A DNA stretch of 38,119 nucleotides, taken from the NCBI GenBank assembly GCA_943704425.1, contig CALSCP010000386.1, positions 8,723 through 46,841 of the forward strand, in the 5' to 3' direction. The notes beneath the pieces were generated by a model, which saw nothing but the letters and a program-made list of their open reading frames with translations, ran no database searches and was not told the origin of the DNA. The stretch is from Ministeria vibrans ATCC 50519. Taxonomy: Eukaryota; Protista; Filasterea. A program made the position numbers and the translations under genes. Below are positions 31,420 to 38,119 of this stretch, in pieces (positions within the stretch are counted from its first letter, which is position 1; every line of letters begins with the position of its first letter).

Positions 31420-33766
31420 TTACTTTACATCAGTCGACAAGTGAGAGGCAGCAGAAAAGTCGCGTTGGGCAAGGGCAAGCTGGGCGTGAAGGCGAATGAC
31501 CTCCGCCTCCACCTGATCCATCAGCGCACAGTTCTGCTCGTCACTCTCAGTGCCATTGGTCGTGACGGTGGTGGTGGTATCACGGACAACGCTGGCGAGA
31601 CGAATCCGGAGAGCGCGGGTGACATCAGCCATGTTGAGAAGTCTTCGATTGAGCTGCGTGGCCACAGTGGGTGCCTCCTCGCCGGCGCTGCTCGTGAGCA
31701 TGGCAAGTACACGCAGGGGCTCAGCCGACGCGGTCGCCGCTACCGCTGCTGAAGCGCCTGTCGTGCCGCTCGTGCTAGTCACTCCAATGCTCTTGCGGTG
31801 GTTCTGTTCTGCTCTGGCACAAACTATGAAAAAATTGTCATCATAAATAAGTGAGAAGATATTTTCGTACTGGCCGCAAAGCAGTTGGGACAGTTGTAGA
31901 ACGGAGGAGTAGGGGCGCCAGGTGGAATGCCCATGCAGACGGCGTGTTGGTAGCAGTGGCACCGCTCGCACTCGACAAGGTGACCTTCTTCGGCGGTAGA
32001 TACGCACGAGCACCGCACCTGCTCGGTGACCATGCTGCCACGGCCGTGCGAACCCCCACGACGACGCGCACTAGAGCTGTGCGACTTGAAACGACCGCCG
32101 CTCGGTGTTGCTGGTGACGAAGGAGCTGCTGTCGTGCTTGAAGCGGTGGTAGCTGTTGTGGGGATGGTAAGAGGAGTGGAAGGGCCAAGGGTGCTCAGGC
32201 GGGACACGCTCGTGGTGACAGATGGCGCGCCAGCGCTGCTGCTGGTGGTGCGGGTGGCACTGCGTGTGCTCTGCGACGACGACGACGACGGCGACTCTGC
32301 TGTTGCTGTTGCTGTTGCTGGTGCAGGTGCGGGTGCAGGTGCAGGTGCAGGCGCAGGCGCAGGTGCAGGTGCAGGTGCAGGTGCAGGTGCAGGTGTGGGT
32401 GCGTTGATGCTCTTTGCTGCGGCCGACTTGGAGTCGTCCTTGCGGTTGGCGGGTGAGGTGGCAGAGGGTGTCGTTGATGATGCAGAGGGGGTGGCATTCG
32501 TTGACTGAGTGGGCGTGGTTGAGCGTCGTTTCTTGGCGGGTCGTTCCGAGGGCGTCGTGGATGTTGCAGTGGCAGTGGTGGTGGTGGTGGCAGTCGGAGA
32601 AGCGCGTGAAGCAGAGCGCTTGAGGGGACGTGAGCCAGCGGGCATCACTGGAGGAACATAGTCGGCAGGAAGAGCTCGGATGGTCAGCGAGTTGACGGCG
32701 CGTGTGACGCCATCGTCAAAAACAACGAGATAGGTACCGGGACCTGTCACCTTCGTTACAGTGGCGGGGTAGTACCGTCCGTCCTGCCATCGTCCCAGCA
32801 CCCGCTCACCCACTTGCCGATCAGGCTCCTCTTCGGCTCCACTACGCCCTTTCCGCGTCGCGTACGTTCCCGGCGATGTCTCCGAGTTGTGTCGCACACG
32901 AGACGACGACGACGACGACGGCGGCGCCACTGATCCATCTCCTTCGGGTGGGTCCACCTCCATAGAATCGGCATCTTTCCCTTTCGCAGCCCCCGTTGCT
33001 TTATCACTCTTCCGCACAACCAACAGCGGTCGATCATCATCACTATCGCTCTTCCGTCTCTCACTCTCACCCTCCTCTTCATCGTCCACATCCGATTCAG
33101 ACTTATCCTCCTCGCCCCCCCCTTCCTCCTTCTCATTGTCTCCCTTCTTCTGGCTCTTGCGACGCACTTTCTTCTTCTTGCTCTCTCCGTCACCATCGCC
33201 ACCGTCAACTTCACCCACAGCTCGTTTCTTTCCACGACTCACACCACCCGTGTCCTTTGCTGCGGTCCTTCGCCGTGCTCCTGTACTCTTTGCACCGCCC
33301 CGTCCCCGTCCACCGCTTCCTCCTCCTCCTCCTCCTCCACGCGACCCTTTACCCGCACCGCGCCCACTGCCACCACTACGCGAAGTAGTTGTCGTTGTCG
33401 TTGCGGTTGTGCCGCTACTGGTGCGACGCGACAAGCCTGTGCTCGAGCTGCGACTGCCTCGGGTGCTCTTGGTGCTACCGCCACGAGTGCGCGCTCGCCC
33501 GCTCGTGCCTCGTCCTCCGCTCTGTTTACTCTCACTTGCGCTGCCACTGTCATCATCTCGCGCATAGTCCGGATCCTCCTTGGCACTAGCTAAAAGTGCC
33601 GCAGACGACTCTGACGAGTCCGTCACCTCCGATGCGTCCGATGCCGACCCGTCATCGGAGTTCTCCGAGCCACTCACCGATTCTTCCTCTTCACTCTCCT
33701 CGTTGTCGTCATCCTCTCCATCGTCCTCCTCTTGTTCCTTGTCATCATTATCATTATCATTATCAC

Positions 33767-33812
<46 letters not shown>

Positions 33813-34332
33813 GCTTCCTTTCCCATCCCCACTTTCTTTTTCCTCTTCTTTTTTCTCTGCTGCTGCTGCTGCTGCTGCGTCCGCAGCTGCCTTGGCCTTT
33901 TTCAACTTTCGTTCGACTGCCACCTTTTTACGCTCTGCTGCTTTAGCTGCCACCGATGCTGCTGCTGCACCCTTAATTTTGGCTTTGGTACTTTTACCAC
34001 CTGATGGAGAGGTCGTTGCGTTTGTCTTCCTGCTCTTGTTGGCGGGACTTCGACTGTTGGCTCGTTGTGCCCCCTGACCACCGCCGCGTGGCGTCTTTGT
34101 CGTTGCCGAACGTTTGTCCTTCGCCAGTGTCGCGGTGGAGGACTCATCTGTCGTGTCGATGGCGGTGCGTGCTGCGGGACGACGCGACGCACCAGTTCGT
34201 CGCAATCGAGTCGACTCGATACTGATCCATTCGGCAGCGCCTCCAGGAAAGTGAATGAGCACAGCTGAGCCCTTGTGGTCCTTCGAATTGACTTCAATTT
34301 CTCGCACAACGCCGGTCGACCAGTTTCCCGAG
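31420..34332 (-). CDS. PHF20/PHF20L1-like chromatin reader (Tudor/MBT-like + Tudor + PHD), 5' end missing
   Basis: Tudor 1 (NW...VLIHF...EWISIESTRLR), Tudor 2 (VGERVLGRWQDGRYYPATV...GTYLVVFDDG), PHD (VRCSC...LVECERCHCYQHAVCMG...YNCPNC) and a helical last exon. A (GCAGGT)n tract at about 32320-32395 codes a PA repeat. The exon starts at an acceptor beside a (TC)n tract and the first exon was not found. Confidence 0.82.
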
Positions 34333-34334
34333 CT

Positions 34335-34437
<103 letters not shown>

Positions 34438-34722
34438 AGAGACAATATTTAGAGACACGACGTAAGGATACAGTCCTAATGGGCATTTGCAAGAGGGGGC
34501 GCCTCAGAAGAAGAGCCAGGAAGGCAGTTCGGGACCATTCGAAAAACTTCGTGAACTCTCACTTTTTCGCCACGTCGGTTTTTTTTTTCCTTTCGTTCAC
34601 TGTGGCCGAATTTCCACAAAACATGCGTGTGCGTGCCGTGGCGACCCATGGACTGACGGCCCGACTGAAGCTCAGAATGGAGCTGTGCAAATCGCGGAGA
34701 GGGAGAGAGAGAGTGTGTTTAC

Positions 34723-34804
34723 CTGCGACAGTCAGCACAAAAGCCCCTGCAAACCATGCTCTTGTGACACGCGGAATGCCATTGAACCACTCTTGGAAGT
34801 CCAT
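34723..34804 (-). CDS. Derlin-1-like protein, first exon only
   Basis: MDFQEWFNGIPRVTRAWFAGAFVLTVA|GTAAAC resembles the Derlin-1 N-terminus (WF..IP.ITR.WF). No further Derlin exons recognised. Confidence 0.72.
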
Positions 34805-34924
34805 TTTGTGAGCGAACAGAAAATGAGAGAAAAATAAAAAAATAAGTAAAAAAAAAAGATCTGTGGTACTGGTGTCAGTGTTTAGTAAACTCGATTGTTT
34901 CAACTTGAAAGCGCAAGTGTGTAT

Positions 34925-36379
34925 TTATGAGTACGACTCGGACGAGGGTCCTGCAGTGTCTGCCCCTCGCCGATTATCCACCAGAACAGTCTTACTAAAC
35001 AGGTTGCGACCGAAGAACTCGGCAACGACCTGAAACCCATCGCCCGCAGTCCCATCCAACTGCAACGTACAATGTGTGTGTGTGTGCAGCGCATCGAGTT
35101 AGATGTGCCTTATTAAAAAAGATGCATTGATGTACCTGCTTGAAAAAGAGCTCGTGCTGATCGGCACTCTGCTCTTGAGCGCGGATGATATCAAGGACCT
35201 TGTGGTTCTCAGGGGCACAGACAGGACACTCGCGCTCATTGTCGCCCAAGCAGCGCACATGGTACGAGTGTGAGCACAGAAAGTGCACAGTGGGCAGCTC
35301 AAGGGGGCCCGTGCACGCAGCGCACTTGGCATTCATGAACACCTTTGCCCTATATAGATACAGAATACAGAATTAACGTTTTGCTCGCGGTATCATAGAT
35401 TCTCATCTTACGTTGTTTTAAGACTCTCAATCTCGTTACGCATCTTCTTCGTCTCCTCTTTGTACTTGCGGATCCGTCGCTCGTCCTCCATAATATACTG
35501 ATTCTCCTACATACAACAAAGAGAAAAAAAAATCAGCAGAGTGTGAGCTCGGCCAACAATATCCTTTTCTAATATCATTTCTATCACTTTGTCTCCAACG
35601 TTTTCTCAATCTTTTTTGCTTCCATCTTCTTCCCTTTCTCTCTCTTTCTTTCTCTTTCCCTTCCTCTTTCTCTCTCTTTCTCTCCTCTCCTCTCTTTTGC
35701 TGCTTCGTACCTGCTGAAGTCGTCTTGCAACATAGTCCTTGACCACTGCCAGTGTCGCTGTGGAATTCTTACTGAGGATCTGCACAACCAAAAGAGGCGG
35801 GAGAATGTTCTGCTTGTCAATGTGCGTTAGACACTCTGAGATCTCTGCGCCACAGTCCTGACTGCTGTTGGCAAAGTACGTCAGCACTTGCACCCAAAGC
35901 GAACTGTCTTGTTGTCTGTTGAAAAAGAAAATGGAGAAAGGTACAAAAAAAGCGGATGAGTGTGAAACAACTTGAATCTGTGTGGCTGCTGTTGTTTTTA
36001 AGTGTACCCGTGTTTCTTGCAGATGGAAATGATCTGGGCGTGGCTGTCGTCTGCCTCGTTCTCCATGTAGTACAACACCATCTCTTGGAACCTGCACAAA
36101 CCCGGTAAATACAATGCGCCTCAGTGAGTGCCTAAGTCACACACCCTCTTTCTCTCTCTTCCTCAATCTATCTCTCAATCCATCTCTCGATCTATCTATC
36201 TCTCTATCTCATCCGTTGCTCTCTTTCTCTATTTCTCTCTTTCTCTCTTTCTCTGCGTGTGATGTTGGTCGTACAGTCGTGCTTTCTCGTATAGATGAAG
36301 AATTCCTCTGCGGAAATTGTACGTTTGCGTCAGAACCATTGCATGATCAATATCGTATTGTGCCTGTGTAAACGGAGAT

Positions 36380-36447
<68 letters not shown>

Positions 36448-38119
36448 TTAAATGCTGTGTGTCTAGTGTGCGTGCGTTACGTCGGTGCTTCTAAGGAGTT
36501 CCATTGCTTTCTCGTGACGCTCCTTCACACTCTCCAAATTTTCCTTCTTTCCACCTGGTTGAAGGTAGAGCTCCAAAAGTGTGTTGTAGATCTGAAACGA
36601 AAAAGAGGAAAAGAGACAAAGAGTAAGAGACACACAGATAGACACGAGTGTGGTGCGGCGTACGGCAGCAGAAGAGGTTGTGCTGGTGGGGGTTGTAACG
36701 ACATGCTCAAGGAAGGATCGCAGATGTGTGGGACGGTCCACGTAAATGTGGATAAACTCGTCGGGCCTATATGGTCATTGGGTGTCAGTCCTCTCTCATT
36801 CTCACTCTTACTCCGTTGAATTGGTTTATCGTACTTGCATCGCTCGCTTGAGGTCTTTCCGGTGTAGAGTGTTCCGTCGAGGTTCCGTCTTTCGTACCTT
36901 GTGCACAGCTCAATGAGAAACTTTGTGGTCAGATCTGGAAGGGCGTTCACAAGTGCCTTTCCATAGTCCTGCAAAATTAGTCGCGAGTCAGACACACATG
37001 GTTACAGAGTGTATGCGTGTATGTATTGTATGAGGGTGTCTTTGTGGTGTGTGTCTTTGTAGTGTGTCTTTGTGGTGTGTGTCTTTGTGGTGTGTCTTTG
37101 TGGTGCGTGTCTTTGTGGTGTGTGTCTTTGGGGTGTGTGTCTTTGTGGTGTGTGTCTTTGTGGTGTGTGTCTTTGTGGTGCGTGTCTTTGTCGTGTGTGT
37201 CTTTGTGGTGCGTGCGGTTTGAAACCTTGAGATTGCGCTCTGCCTCTGCAAAGGGAAGTGTGTGCATATACTCAAGTGCATCCTACGAAACAAGCAAGAA
37301 CAGGTAGTGCACTGAGTGAGAACACACACTCGACACATTGTGTGGGGTTTACCTGATAGTTCTTGAGATCCTCCAGTTGAATGCGAAGAAACCAGTCGTG
37401 TTGGGCAAAGCGACGGGCCAGATAGAGTGCATGCTTCTGGTAGCCCGCTTGACGACACACCTTGATTGCTGTCTCAACGTCAAAGTACACTTCCCGCTCA
37501 GTCTGAGAGAAAAAACAAACCAGACCAAACTCAGTTCACGTAGTGCCACCACACACTCAAACAGACATATACATACAGACTCACTGGCAATGCACACACA
37601 ACAAACACTCAAATTTGCAGACAGACATTCATCACACTCTCCCTGTCTCTCTCTTTTGACGTACCATAATAAACTCATCGAGGCGCGTGTCGTCCTTGAG
37701 CTTTGTGTAGCAGTTGAGCAGCAGCGTCGTGTGGTCTGCTCCTGCTTGGTTCTTCTCGTGCAGTGCTTGCAGATACGACGTCAGATTGTGGATGCGCTGA
37801 GCATCCAAAAACTATACACAACATCTCATCAATACCACACACCAGGCAGAGACAATCAAAATACCTTGCGAATGACATAGGAGGGCTCGAGGTAGCCAAT
37901 GGTGCGCACATACTGGGCAATGGCGGCATCAAAGTCGCCCTTGGCATACAGATGGTCGCCGTACTTGGTGAAGATCTCGTTGATACTCTCCCGATCGTAG
38001 TGCTGTGACTGCGCCAGCTGAATTGCGTGGTGGTACAGATTCTTGCGGAACAGCATGTCCAGCTTGCTCTGCGTGTCTTTCTCCTCCAGCTGGTACAACT
38101 GTCGCCCAATCCAAAAAAA
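34925..38119 (-). CDS. VPS11: Vacuolar protein sorting 11 (HOPS/CORVET), 3' part, multi-exon; start lies beyond the window
   Basis: LEEKDTQSKLDMLFRKNLY, KYGDHLYAKGDFDAAIAQYVRTIGYLEPSYVIRK, LLLNCYTKLKD, FDVETAIKVCRQAGY, LPPLLVVQILS, RING CAACTGPLELPTVHFLCSHSYH..C...CPVC and C-terminal GFQVVAEFFGR. Stop at 34927-34925. Confidence 0.96.
37036..37211. repeat. 13-15-nt minisatellite (GTGTGTCTTTGTGGT)n in a VPS11 intron
   Basis: About a dozen tandem copies read directly from the sequence. Confidence 0.9.

Noticed and set aside
36977-37458. ORFs with HHKDT/TTKTH repeats
   Set aside because: Translations of an intronic minisatellite within VPS11.

Overview
Gene-dense, intron-rich eukaryotic DNA with GT-AG introns, microsatellite-filled introns, GC-rich exons and short AT-rich spacers. 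The gene set (GNPTAB, PHF20-like, RNF25, TMEM181, a Pygopus-type PHD) points to a unicellular relative of animals; this is inference only. Left to right: aspartyl aminopeptidase (+), last exon of RPS5 (-), a 761-nt N gap, CWC22 (+), an 86-aa stand-alone Pygopus-type PHD finger (+), two large intronless orphan ORFs (-), GNPTAB (+), a secreted 3xEGF protein (+), RNF25 (-), NUDT19-like (+), TMEM181 (-), an LSD1/KDM1A-like protein with substituted active-site residues (+), a truncated uDENN gene (+) facing a truncated GNL2/NOG2 gene (-), a DUF1353-like gene with an intron (-), THYN1/EVE (+), PHF20-like (-), an orphan Derlin-1 first exon (-) and the 3' part of VPS11 (-). Two (GA)n tracts (about 27.6 kb and 34.4 kb) each join two broken genes and are probably assembly misjoins. 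The most interesting signals are the Pygopus-type PHD, the probable LSD1 pseudo-enzyme, the intron-containing prokaryote/phage-type DUF1353 gene and the orphan ORF pair. All homology calls come from recalled motifs; no database search was run.
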